Below are positions 44,107 through 53,387 of a stretch of 64,000 nt of DNA, piece after piece. The notes beneath the pieces were generated by a model. That model did no database searches and had not been told where the DNA came from. It saw only the letters and a program-made list of their open reading frames with translations. The translations under genes were made by a program, and so were the position numbers. This DNA is from Planctomycetes bacterium UBA7888 (GTDB lineage Bacteria; Planctomycetota; UBA1135): NCBI GenBank assembly GCA_002500505.1, contig DLRM01000043.1, positions 125,623 through 189,622 of the forward strand. Direction: 5' to 3'. Each line of letters starts with the position of its first letter. Position 1 is the stretch's first letter.

Positions 44107-44838
44107 ATGTTCTGCGCACTGTCAATTGCTTCTTTTGCCCTTGTCTCAGCCCTTCCCCAAGAACCGGAATGGCATGGAACAGCTGATGCAGGTTTGGTTC
44201 TTCTCAGCGGCAATAATTCTTCCTCGACAGCCACCATTCGTGGGGAAGCAAAACTAGAAGAAGGCACTTACAGGTGGATTTTGGGCCTCCTTTACTCCGG
44301 GGTCCGCCAATCCGAGCAATCTACGGGAATCTCTAGCACGACCTCGAGGCTATTAGACTTGTCCGCTGAACATCACCGTTTTTTCGATGACGCCAACGAC
44401 TTTTATGCCTATGGGAAGGGATCTGGCCGCTCGGATGAGCCCAATGGACTTTCGCACCGCACAGATGTCGGTTTAGGTATTGGCCACACTTGGCGCTGGG
44501 ATGAGGGCAAAACATCTTTAAACTTCGAAGGAGGCCCCTCCATGGTCCGAGAAAACAACGTCGGAGCCTTGTCGGATTCCGCTTGGACGAGTCGGTTAGC
44601 CGCAAGACTAGATTCCCCCCTTTCTGACAAGCTCACCCTTACCAGCAAAGTCGAATATTTCCAGTCCATGTCCCGAGCCGAAGATGCCTCCGCCACGACC
44701 GAATGTGGCCTTCGCTGGTCCCTAGCCGGTGACTGGTTTCTCCAATTCACTAGTTCGCTTTCCTGGGATGGAACCCCTGCCCCCGGCTTCGAACAAACGG
44801 ATTATCGCCAGTCCTTCACCCTTGGGACCTCTTTTTAG
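44107..44838 (+). CDS. Putative outer-membrane beta-barrel protein (DUF481/YdiY-like)
   Basis: 243 aa with a signal peptide. Alternating amphipathic beta-strand pattern, ends in aromatic F (LGTSF). An N-terminal W.G.A..G......GN motif is as recalled for DUF481. Confidence 0.5.
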   Translation: MFCALSIASFALVSALPQEPEWHGTADAGLVLLSGNNSSSTATIRGEAKLEEGTYRWILGLLYSGVRQSEQSTGISSTTSRLLDLSAEHHRFFDDANDFYAYGKGSGRSDEPNGLSHRTDVGLGIGHTWRWDEGKTSLNFEGGPSMVRENNVGALSDSAWTSRLAARLDSPLSDKLTLTSKVEYFQSMSRAEDASATTECGLRWSLAGDWFLQFTSSLSWDGTPAPGFEQTDYRQSFTLGTSF

Positions 44839-44915
44839 GCTTCTCCCTTGAAACAGATTTCGAAACGAGGACCATTTCGCCCACTATTCTAGAATCTGTA
44901 CGCTCCCGATTCCCC

Positions 44916-46115
44916 ATGAAAGTTGACATCAAGACCGCCCAAGCCCTGACCTCCGACGAGGCTCGGGACACCCTGGTCATGTTCCGGAATATGGGAGAAG
45001 ACCCCCTTGCCATCCAGGAAAACTTTCGGGGCATGTTCCCTAAAAAGATTGCCGAGGCCTTGGGAGAACTGCGAGCAAACCGTCGGCGTGCACTCACCAA
45101 ATTCCGACATGGTTTGGATATGTTCTTTACTAAAGAACAACTCCAACAGTCCTCTTCCGAATCCGTTGCTGCGTGGCGCGCAAAGCGTTTCGCAGATGCA
45201 AAGGCAAAAGAAGTTTGGGACCCTTGCTGCGGGATTGGTTCAGATGCCATGGCCATCGCTAACCTTGGCATTCAAGTGCACGCTTGGGACAAAGAACCCT
45301 CTGCCACCCATTACGCCGAAGCCAATGCCGAAGTTTATGGAGTTCTGGAGAGGATAGATTTCAAAGAGACGGACTGTACTGAAGAAATGCCTGGGCCGGG
45401 CTTCATGTGGCTCGACCCTTCTCGCCGCCGCGGGGCGCGAAGAATTATGAGTCCGGGCGATTGGTCTCCAAACCCAGAGCAGATTACTGCCTTGCTCGCA
45501 GGACGCCCAGGTGCTGGAATCAAATTGTCCCCTGCGGTTTCCATTGACACCCTTTTGGAGCACTACCCCGAACCAGATGAGATTGAGGTCATCTCTCTAA
45601 AGGGCGAGGCCAAAGAAACTATTTTTTGGTATGGAAAACTTGCCAGCAATGCCGCGCGTCGAGCAACGGCCTTGCCCGCAGAGGAGTCTTGGACTGGTGA
45701 CCTAAATGCCCAAGCCGAAACTGGAGAGTTTGGCGATTTCTTTTATGACCCAGACCCTTCCATTGTGCAAGCTGGTCTACTCGGCTCTTTTGCAGCCAAG
45801 CATGGACTCTACACGGTTGACCCTGAGATTGGTTACCTCACGGGTGCGACCCCTGTTTTCTCCCCTTTCCTAGACACTTTTAAAATTCTCGCAGTGGAAT
45901 CTCTTGATCCGAGGAAAATGCGGCCCATTATGCGGAAACACAACGTGGGGAGTTTAGAAATCCGAAAGCGTGGTATTGCTGAACGGCCACTTGCCATTGA
46001 GCAACGCATGCTTAAGAAAAAATTTGGGGACAACCGGCTCGTTCTTCTTGCTACACGGGTTGGGGATCGCCACTTAGGTGTACTGGCAGAAAAACTCGAG
46101 CCGGAGGACGAGTGA
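44916..46115 (+). CDS. Class I SAM-dependent methyltransferase with a C-terminal THUMP-like region
   Basis: 399 aa. Motif I is VWDPCCGIGSDAMAIA; DPSRR follows. A C-terminal ~90 aa extension. Specificity unknown. Confidence 0.65.
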   Translation: MKVDIKTAQALTSDEARDTLVMFRNMGEDPLAIQENFRGMFPKKIAEALGELRANRRRALTKFRHGLDMFFTKEQLQQSSSESVAAWRAKRFADAKAKEVWDPCCGIGSDAMAIANLGIQVHAWDKEPSATHYAEANAEVYGVLERIDFKETDCTEEMPGPGFMWLDPSRRRGARRIMSPGDWSPNPEQITALLAGRPGAGIKLSPAVSIDTLLEHYPEPDEIEVISLKGEAKETIFWYGKLASNAARRATALPAEESWTGDLNAQAETGEFGDFFYDPDPSIVQAGLLGSFAAKHGLYTVDPEIGYLTGATPVFSPFLDTFKILAVESLDPRKMRPIMRKHNVGSLEIRKRGIAERPLAIEQRMLKKKFGDNRLVLLATRVGDRHLGVLAEKLEPEDE

Positions 46116-47860
46116 TACCTCGTCCATCTGAACCTCTGCCCTCTTTCTTGAGGGCACTTTTTCTCCTTTCCTTCTTATTTTCCTGTTCCCAAGAATCGAC
46201 TAATTCGCAAACGATTCACTTTGCCCTTGCCTCCAAGCTTGGGAGCTTTGACCCGCTTAAGTCCGTAACAACAGGGAACCAAGTTCTTCAGCGACAATGC
46301 TACGAGGGCTTACTGCAATACGACTCCTTAAGTTCAAACTACGAGCTTGTAGGAGCCCTAGCAGACACTTGGGAAATTTCGGAAGACCAACAAACTTGGC
46401 TCATCAGCCTCCGGCCCGATGCCACATTTTTTGACCCCGCTTCCAACCCTATATGGGGAAATGGGAAGCGAGCTGTTCAAGCTTCGGATGTCTTGGCTTC
46501 TTGGCTTCGTCTTGCCGATGCGCGAGAAGGCGCAGCAGCCTGGTTCGTTTTAGAGGGACTCATTGAAGGCTTAGATGCCTTCCGACTCGCCACCTCGCGA
46601 GGCGAAGACGAAGCGAAGACAGCATGGGCTGAAGCCCTCGACGGCGGGATTGAAGGTTTGCGCGTGATTGACTCTCACCAACTGGCAATTCGCCTAACCC
46701 GACCTGAGCCCACTTTCGCCTATCGCTTGGCCTCGCCTTATTTGTTGGTTTACCCGCGAGAAGCTCTTTCTCGGTCCGGCCTGCAATTCAGCCACCACCC
46801 CGTGGGCTCTGGCGCCTTCTATCTCAAGGAATGGGAACCTGGATTTCGTGCTTTCTTTGCGCCAGTACCTGGCTCTGACCATTCCGCTCCACCTCGCGTA
46901 CACCTTGAATTCTTATGGGTTCCCGAAGGTAGTACTCGAACGATGATGTTTCAAAATGGTGAGCTGGACCGTTTGAGCCCTTTGCAAGATGCCTTCACCT
47001 CCCTAATAGAAAACGGCCAACCCAATTCTGAGCTAAAAAAGCAGGGCGTCAAACTTCGCATCACCGAAATGTTGGACTTGACCATGTTGCAGTTCAACAT
47101 GTCCGACCCCGTCGTAGGCCATCTTCCTGGCGACTCGGATGGCAATCGCAAACGAAGCCTTTTGCGAAAAGCTCTAGCCTTGGCCTTCCCTTATGAGCAG
47201 TGGCATCAAATTGTCCGGAGTGGATCTTGGGCAAAACCCGCAACGCGCTGGCTTCCGCCTGGACTTCCTGAGTCGAATGCCATCCAAGACATCCCTTGGC
47301 GCAGAAGCGACCTTGCTCAGGCAAAAAAACTTCTCGCCGAAGCGGGTTGGCCAGAAGGAAAGGGTCTCCCTCCTCTTCGACTTGAGCTTGGAGGAACTGA
47401 CCCTACTTCAAGAGACCTTGGTGCCATGTTGTCCGCCTCTTGGAAACGGATTGGGGTTCAATTGGATTCCGTCGCCCAAGACTATGGGGACCTTGTTCGC
47501 AAAATGAACTCCGGTCAAGCTCAAATCTCCACTCGCGCTTGGACCTTGGATTGGCCGGACGCTGGAAACCTCTTGGATATCTTTTATGGAGAATTTGCTG
47601 CTCCCGGCATTAACAAATCTCGCTTTCATGACTCCCAATATGATCAAGCTCTCCAGGCATTTAAGTCCACAAAGAACCCAAATGAGCGCATTGCTTTGGC
47701 AAAAAAAATGCTTGCCCGATTAAATGCGCTTGCCCCAGCCATCCCTATTGACCATCGCCAAAGTTATTTGCTGACTCAACCTTGGCTCGAAATTCCAACA
47801 CTCAATCCATTTGACCCTTTGCCCTGCGCCTCTTTCCGTTTGAAGGAGGTGGCTCGATGA
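46112..47860 (+). CDS. ABC transporter substrate-binding lipoprotein (family 5, peptide/nickel/opine type)
   Basis: 582 aa. The GTG start overlaps the methyltransferase stop (GTGA). Lipobox LFSCS. Overall OppA/DppA-like layout. Confidence 0.8.
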   Translation: MIPRPSEPLPSFLRALFLLSFLFSCSQESTNSQTIHFALASKLGSFDPLKSVTTGNQVLQRQCYEGLLQYDSLSSNYELVGALADTWEISEDQQTWLISLRPDATFFDPASNPIWGNGKRAVQASDVLASWLRLADAREGAAAWFVLEGLIEGLDAFRLATSRGEDEAKTAWAEALDGGIEGLRVIDSHQLAIRLTRPEPTFAYRLASPYLLVYPREALSRSGLQFSHHPVGSGAFYLKEWEPGFRAFFAPVPGSDHSAPPRVHLEFLWVPEGSTRTMMFQNGELDRLSPLQDAFTSLIENGQPNSELKKQGVKLRITEMLDLTMLQFNMSDPVVGHLPGDSDGNRKRSLLRKALALAFPYEQWHQIVRSGSWAKPATRWLPPGLPESNAIQDIPWRRSDLAQAKKLLAEAGWPEGKGLPPLRLELGGTDPTSRDLGAMLSASWKRIGVQLDSVAQDYGDLVRKMNSGQAQISTRAWTLDWPDAGNLLDIFYGEFAAPGINKSRFHDSQYDQALQAFKSTKNPNERIALAKKMLARLNALAPAIPIDHRQSYLLTQPWLEIPTLNPFDPLPCASFRLKEVAR

Positions 47861-49098
47861 ATCTATTGCGCTCTCTCCTTCGGGCAGTCGCGCTTGCCTT
47901 TGGAGTAAGTATTCTTCTGGGTTTGATTCTGGATTCGGGTCTTCTTGGAGATTCCGCTTTGCGGGAGGCCGGCCAGCACGCAAACGCAGATTCCATTGCT
48001 GCTGCTCGCCAGCGCCTAGGGCAATGGGAAAAATACTACCCAAATGTTCTTGAGATTCGTCAGACCAATCCCGACAACTTTTTGTCCTTGTGGACTGAAG
48101 GGGAAGATTTGATTCTTGGAAATAATCAATCCGTTCCATACCGCCGATACCCCACCGAGGGGCGCACTGTAGACTCTGTCTTTCTAGAGTGGATTCTTGA
48201 GAGTAAGGGAAATATTCAATTGGAGGCCGACGATTCCTTTGGAGCCTTGCCCGCAAGAGGCTTAGCCATCGCTCTAAAGGACACGCGCATTCGATGGAAC
48301 CCAAGCACGCCCCTTCAGCTTGCTTGGGCTTCGGAGCAGGACACCTTTACGAAGGTTTTCTCGCCTGCGCTCCGTTCACTTCGATTTGATTTTGGAGAAA
48401 CGCGAAGTGGCCTCCCAGTGCTTTCTGAATTAATCCGCCGTGCCCCTCGTTCCCTAGCACTGGCTGCACCCGCCTTTTTTCTCACCCTTGCCCTCGCTGT
48501 TTTCATGGCTCTTGCTTGCTTATCGAAGGGGGGCATGCTTGACCGTGGCTTTGCCATGGCTTCCGCAATCGGAATGTCTATTTCCTCCTTAGCTTGGGTT
48601 CTCTTTCTTCAACAATTCCTCGCTGGCCGTTTGGGAATCTTCCCCATTTTTGGATGGAAAGCTCCATGGCTTCCCTTTCTTGCCCTTCCTGTTTTGTCTT
48701 GGATATTAGTTGGGCTTTGGCCGGAATGGAGGTTTTGGCGCAACCTTGCAGGGGACCTCCATTCCAAACCATTTATCCAGGCTGCGCGCGCCCGTGGCAT
48801 GCCTTCTTCTTCAATTCTAAAACAGCATCTTCTTCCAAATCTTTTCCCTGCACTACTAACTCAAATCCTTAGCGCTCTACCTTTCTTGGTACTGGGCTCC
48901 CTTCTCTTAGAACACTTTTTCGGAATTCCCGGATTGGGTTCATGGATTGTGGATGCTATCGAAAGCAATGATGTCTCCATTCTTCGCGCATCCACTTTCC
49001 TGATTGCCCTTTCGTGGCTGCTTCTTCAAGAACTTTGCGACTATCTTCTTCCACGCTTGGATCCGCGCATGACCAAACGGCCGGAGCTCGCTTCATGA
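47857..49098 (+). CDS. ABC transporter permease (DppB/OppB-like) with an unusually long first extracytoplasmic loop
   Basis: 413 aa. TM1 near residues 5-30; the next hydrophobic segment is not until about residue 205. C-terminal binding-protein-dependent transport core. Confidence 0.8.
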   Translation: MNLLRSLLRAVALAFGVSILLGLILDSGLLGDSALREAGQHANADSIAAARQRLGQWEKYYPNVLEIRQTNPDNFLSLWTEGEDLILGNNQSVPYRRYPTEGRTVDSVFLEWILESKGNIQLEADDSFGALPARGLAIALKDTRIRWNPSTPLQLAWASEQDTFTKVFSPALRSLRFDFGETRSGLPVLSELIRRAPRSLALAAPAFFLTLALAVFMALACLSKGGMLDRGFAMASAIGMSISSLAWVLFLQQFLAGRLGIFPIFGWKAPWLPFLALPVLSWILVGLWPEWRFWRNLAGDLHSKPFIQAARARGMPSSSILKQHLLPNLFPALLTQILSALPFLVLGSLLLEHFFGIPGLGSWIVDAIESNDVSILRASTFLIALSWLLLQELCDYLLPRLDPRMTKRPELAS

Positions 49099-49883
49099 GT
49101 CGCCGCCTACGCCTCATGGTTTTACTGGGCTACGCCGGAATTGCCCTGGCAGCTTGGGCGGGCTGGATTGGCTCAAGAGAGTGGCCCCACGACAACCTTG
49201 GGAATGCCAGCCTTCCCCCTAACGCCATTGCGTGGCTTGGCACGGACCACTTGGGGCGCGATGTACTCTCCCGCATCATTCAAGGTTCACGAATAGCCCT
49301 CATGGTGGGAATGGTTGCCGCAACGATTTCTGTGGGAATCGGGAGCTTGTTCGGGCTTCTTGCCGCCTGGAAAGGTGGGCTGCTCGACCGTTTCCTTCTG
49401 GCGATTGCAGCCACGATTACGGCCATCCCGGGGATTCTTCTCGTTTTATTGGTTGGTTGGATTCTTGGCCCTGGAATTTGGACAACGGCCATCGCCATTG
49501 GAGTGGCGAGTTGGGTTGGAACTTTTCGCATGGTACGAACGGAGGCTCTCCGCCTTCATCGGGAGTGTTTTGTTGAGGCCGCAATTTTGGAAGGTGCACA
49601 AACTGGGCGCATTCTCAGGCACCATCTTCTCCCCAATCTCGGCGCCCTATGCAAAGTACAATTCCTGCTCCACTTTGTTTATGCCATCAAGGCCGAAGTC
49701 ATTCTTTCCTTCTTAGGACTTGGTCCCGCCGACACCTCCTCTTGGGGAAACATCATGGCTCACGCCTCTTACGATCTCCCCAACGGCGTGTGGTGGCCTT
49801 TGCTCTTCACCACGATCGCTTTGGCTGGCCTAGTTCTTGCTCTTCAGAGCTCCACTCATTCGCCCAGCGACACCCAGCCGTAG
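49095..49883 (+). CDS. ABC transporter permease (DppC/OppC-like)
   Basis: ATG 49095 overlaps the upstream stop (ATGA) and gives MSRRLRLMVLLGYAGIALAAW. HLGRDVLSRIIQGSR is the typical OppC N-terminal motif. The track ORF opens at 49014 inside the upstream gene. Confidence 0.85.
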   Translation: MSRRLRLMVLLGYAGIALAAWAGWIGSREWPHDNLGNASLPPNAIAWLGTDHLGRDVLSRIIQGSRIALMVGMVAATISVGIGSLFGLLAAWKGGLLDRFLLAIAATITAIPGILLVLLVGWILGPGIWTTAIAIGVASWVGTFRMVRTEALRLHRECFVEAAILEGAQTGRILRHHLLPNLGALCKVQFLLHFVYAIKAEVILSFLGLGPADTSSWGNIMAHASYDLPNGVWWPLLFTTIALAGLVLALQSSTHSPSDTQP

Positions 49884-50698
49884 CGAGAGCCTTCATGAGT
49901 GAAGCGAACGATGGGGTGTTCTGGGTCGTGAAACAACAAGTTTACCCAATCTCCATCAGTGGCCTCGGCAATCCACTTCGAGCGAACTTGGAATGATTTT
50001 TCTACGTTAATGTCATAAGCCATAATGAAGGGCAGGGCGACATGGTTTCGAGTTGGTACGACATCTCCCCAGAAGCAGGCGCGTTGTCCGTCATCGTCAA
50101 TGACGACTACCGAAGCTCCGTCTGAATGACCTCCCAGTTCATGCAGTGTGACTCCCGGAACCACTTCAAGCTCACCGCTGAAGGTGTCAAGCAAACCGGC
50201 GTCCACGATTGGCTGCAAATCTTTTTTTCGATAGCTGGCCTGCCTCAAATGATCTGCATTTAAAGCTGCTTTCCTTTCACTATCTGCCAAAAAGTAATGG
50301 GCATTCGGAAACAACGGTGCACCGTCTCCTCCGCAGGCCGCACCAATATGGTCGAAGTGTGCATGACTCATTAACACATGAGTAACTTCCTCCGCCCGTC
50401 GCCCCGCAGCCTCCAAAACCTGCAACAACCCCCCCCCTGGATGTTCAATGCGATACATCGCTTGGTGCTTTTCACTCCAGCGCTGGCCCAGCCCCGGTTC
50501 AATCAGCAACACATGCTCACCATCTTCAACAAGAAAGCAGTTGCATGCCAAAGGAATGGTATGGTCTTCAAATACGGGCGTGAGATTTTCCCAGAGTGCC
50601 CGCGGCACTACTCCAAACATAGAACCACCATCAAGGGAAAAGTTGGATTCTCGCAAAGCGCGAATTCGAAAACGGCCAACTTGGGTTTCAGTGCTCAC
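49856..50698 (-). CDS. MBL-fold metallo-hydrolase
   Basis: 280 aa. HAHFDHIG (HxHxDH) metal-binding motif. Convergent 28-nt overlap with the permease gene. Confidence 0.8.
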   Translation of the reverse strand: MSTETQVGRFRIRALRESNFSLDGGSMFGVVPRALWENLTPVFEDHTIPLACNCFLVEDGEHVLLIEPGLGQRWSEKHQAMYRIEHPGGGLLQVLEAAGRRAEEVTHVLMSHAHFDHIGAACGGDGAPLFPNAHYFLADSERKAALNADHLRQASYRKKDLQPIVDAGLLDTFSGELEVVPGVTLHELGGHSDGASVVVIDDDGQRACFWGDVVPTRNHVALPFIMAYDINVEKSFQVRSKWIAEATDGDWVNLLFHDPEHPIVRFTHEGSRYGWVSLGE

Positions 50699-50709
50699 AA
50701 TAGGAAGCC

Positions 50710-51885
50710 TTAGGCCATTTGCAGTTGGGCTTTTTGTAATAAATCACGTGAGATGATGAGCTTCTGCACTTCCGAAGTGCCTTCACCAATCGTGCATAGC
50801 TTGGCATCGCGGTACATCCGCTCAACGGGATATTCGCGCGAGTAACCGTTGCCTCCAAAAATTTGGATAGCTTCATAAGTACAACGCATCGCTACCTCTG
50901 AAGCAAAGTACTTACCCATTGCCGCATCAGTTCCGTAATCACGGCCCGCATCTTTCATGCGTGCAGAATGGTAAACCAGATGACGTGCAGCGGCAATCTC
51001 GGTGCGCATGTCGGCCAACTTAAAGGCAACCGCTTGATGCTTAGAAAGATGCTTTCCAAACTGCTCACGCTCATTAGCGTATTTAACCGCTTGGTCTAGT
51101 GCGCCTTGGGCAATCCCCAAAGACAGCGCGCCAATGGAAATACGCCCACCTTCTAAAGTTTTCATGAAGGTGATGAAACCCGTTTCAGGTGTTCCAAGTA
51201 AATTATCAGCAGGCACCTTGCAATCTTGAAAAACCAAGTTTGTCCAATCAGAACCACGCATGCCTAATTTCGTCTCACCCTTTTCAATGGAAAAACCATC
51301 GGTATCGCGATCAACAACCAAGGCGACAATTCCTTTTTGGCCTTGAGACTTGTCGGTTTGGGCAGTAATCACATATGGCTTGGAAAAAGAACCGTTAGTA
51401 ATGAAACACTTGGAGCCATTAACCAAATAATGGTCTCCCTCTAAAACCGCAGTGGTTTGAGTTCCACCCGAGTCGGACCCTGCGTTGGGCTCAGTCAAAC
51501 CATATGCACCCATGAACTCACCCGCACATAAACCGGGCATATACTTTTCCTTCAACGCATCGGAGCCAAATGCATGAATAGGCCAAGTCCCCAAAGAAAC
51601 GTGAGCGGCATAACTTAAACCCGTGCTTGCGCAAACACGCGACAACTCCTCCACGGCAATGATATATGAAAGGTTGTCGAGACCAGCGCCCCCTTCTTCT
51701 TCAGGGAAGGGCAAGGCAGGCAAACCCAACTCACACATTTGTCCCCAAACATCCTGATTAAATGTACAGGTCTCGTCTGCGTGAGCGGCGACAGGGGCCA
51801 CCACTTCATTGGCAAAACGCTCCACCGTTTCACGAATCATTTCCTGCTCTTCAGTCAGGTCGAAATTGGTCTTTAGGTCTTCCAT
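50710..51885 (-). CDS. Acyl-CoA dehydrogenase (short/branched-chain type)
   Basis: 391 aa. TEEQEMIRETVERFA, YGLTEPNAGSD, and GGNGYSREYPVERMYRDAKLCTIGEGTSEVQ. Confidence 0.9.
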   Translation of the reverse strand: MEDLKTNFDLTEEQEMIRETVERFANEVVAPVAAHADETCTFNQDVWGQMCELGLPALPFPEEEGGAGLDNLSYIIAVEELSRVCASTGLSYAAHVSLGTWPIHAFGSDALKEKYMPGLCAGEFMGAYGLTEPNAGSDSGGTQTTAVLEGDHYLVNGSKCFITNGSFSKPYVITAQTDKSQGQKGIVALVVDRDTDGFSIEKGETKLGMRGSDWTNLVFQDCKVPADNLLGTPETGFITFMKTLEGGRISIGALSLGIAQGALDQAVKYANEREQFGKHLSKHQAVAFKLADMRTEIAAARHLVYHSARMKDAGRDYGTDAAMGKYFASEVAMRCTYEAIQIFGGNGYSREYPVERMYRDAKLCTIGEGTSEVQKLIISRDLLQKAQLQMA

Positions 51886-52029
51886 GATGAACTGCAGAAT
51901 TGACCATCAAAAGGCAGCGTCTACAGGAACGAGGGATTATCCCATATCCCACTCTGATTCACCACCTCAGGTAGCATTGCGTACCAGCCAGAGCTACGAC
52001 ACTTCAAGAACTCTTAGCCAGAAAGGCCC

Positions 52030-52431
52030 CTAACTAGCCGAGGCTCCCCTCTCAATAAAATCAGCGATTTCATCGGTGGGTGTGCCGGGGCCGAAAATCA
52101 TGCCAAAGCCGATATCTTTTAGGGCAGCGGCATCGTCTTCAGGAATAATGCCGCCTGCAATTAGAAGAATTTTTTCAAGACCACGGTCGATGAGTTGTTG
52201 ACGAATGGCTGGCAAAAGTTCCATATGTGACCCCGAAAGAATGCTCAGACCAAGCACTTGCACATCTTCTTGCTCAACAGCATCTACGAGTTGGGCAGGG
52301 GTGCGGTGCAAACCAGTATAAATCACTTCCATGCCGCGATCGCGCAGGGCGGCGGCCACCACTTTGGCGCCACGGTCATGGCCATCGAGGCCGGGTTTTC
52401 CAATCATGACGCGAATCGGGTTTACACTCAT
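52030..52431 (-). CDS. Cobalamin-binding small subunit/domain of an acyl-CoA mutase (methylmalonyl-/isobutyryl-CoA mutase family)
   Basis: 133 aa. GKPGLDGHDRGAKVVA (DxHxxG B12-binding motif) and SILSGSH. ATGA overlap with meaB. Confidence 0.9.
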   Translation of the reverse strand: MSVNPIRVMIGKPGLDGHDRGAKVVAAALRDRGMEVIYTGLHRTPAQLVDAVEQEDVQVLGLSILSGSHMELLPAIRQQLIDRGLEKILLIAGGIIPEDDAAALKDIGFGMIFGPGTPTDEIADFIERGASAS

Positions 52432-53387
52432 TGTTGTTCTCCGTTTTCCTGAAAGCGGTTCATTATGTCGCTCGCCAACTTGTGGGCAAGGCGGTCGGGG
52501 CGGGCACCGGCTTCAAGTTGAGCTTGAGCAAGTTGTTCGAGACCGTGCTCGGCCCATAGGGTCGCACGCAAAGTTTCGGTGAAGACCCTGCGAGTGCGGG
52601 CGAGGTCACGAGCACGGCGGCGAGTTTCGGCGCGTCCATCGGATAGGGCGTGGGTGCGCAGTTCATCTATTGCGGCGGCGATCTCGACAATGCCCTCGCT
52701 GGTAATTGCCGTTGATTTCAACACGGGTGGACGCACGGCGTCAGGGGGTCGAAAATCGAGCATTTGTTCAATTTCGGTGGCCAACAAATCGGCACCTGGT
52801 TGGTCGGCCTTATTTACCACAAACAGATCAGCGGCCTCCATGAGGCCCGCTTTCATTGCTTGCACACCATCACCACTTTGCGGGGTGAGCACAACTGTGC
52901 ACACATCGGTGGCGGCGGCGATATCAATTTCCGCTTGACCGACCCCGACAGTTTCCAAAAGGATTTCTTCAAAACCAAAGGCGGCCATGAGGTCGGCGGC
53001 GGCACCAGCTGCGAGGGACAAGCCACCGAGCGAGCCACGGGTGGCCATGGAACGCACGAATACACCGTGCTCGCCTGCGGCACGATCCATGCGTACGCGA
53101 TCACCGAGGAGCGCGCCGCCACTGAAGGGGGAGGAAGGATCCACGGCCAATAGACCAAGCTTGCGACCTGCACTTGCCCAATGGGAAGCAAGAGCATCGA
53201 CCAAAGTAGATTTGCCGGCGCCTGGCGGTCCCGTAATGCCAGTGCGCTGAGCTGCGCCAGTGCGCGCATGCAAAGAATCCAGCAATTCGCCAGCTTCAGG
53301 GACTCCATTCTCCACCCAGGAAATCGCCCGCGCCAAAGCACCTTGATGCCCAGCGTTAAAGCGTTCTAAAAGAGTGGTGACGGTCAT
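52428..53387 (-). CDS. meaB: Methylmalonyl-CoA-mutase-associated G-protein chaperone
   Basis: 319 aa. GITGPPGAGKSTLVDAL P-loop, AVDPSSPFSGGALLGDRVRM, VVNKAD. Confidence 0.92.
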   Translation of the reverse strand: MTVTTLLERFNAGHQGALARAISWVENGVPEAGELLDSLHARTGAAQRTGITGPPGAGKSTLVDALASHWASAGRKLGLLAVDPSSPFSGGALLGDRVRMDRAAGEHGVFVRSMATRGSLGGLSLAAGAAADLMAAFGFEEILLETVGVGQAEIDIAAATDVCTVVLTPQSGDGVQAMKAGLMEAADLFVVNKADQPGADLLATEIEQMLDFRPPDAVRPPVLKSTAITSEGIVEIAAAIDELRTHALSDGRAETRRRARDLARTRRVFTETLRATLWAEHGLEQLAQAQLEAGARPDRLAHKLASDIMNRFQENGEQQ

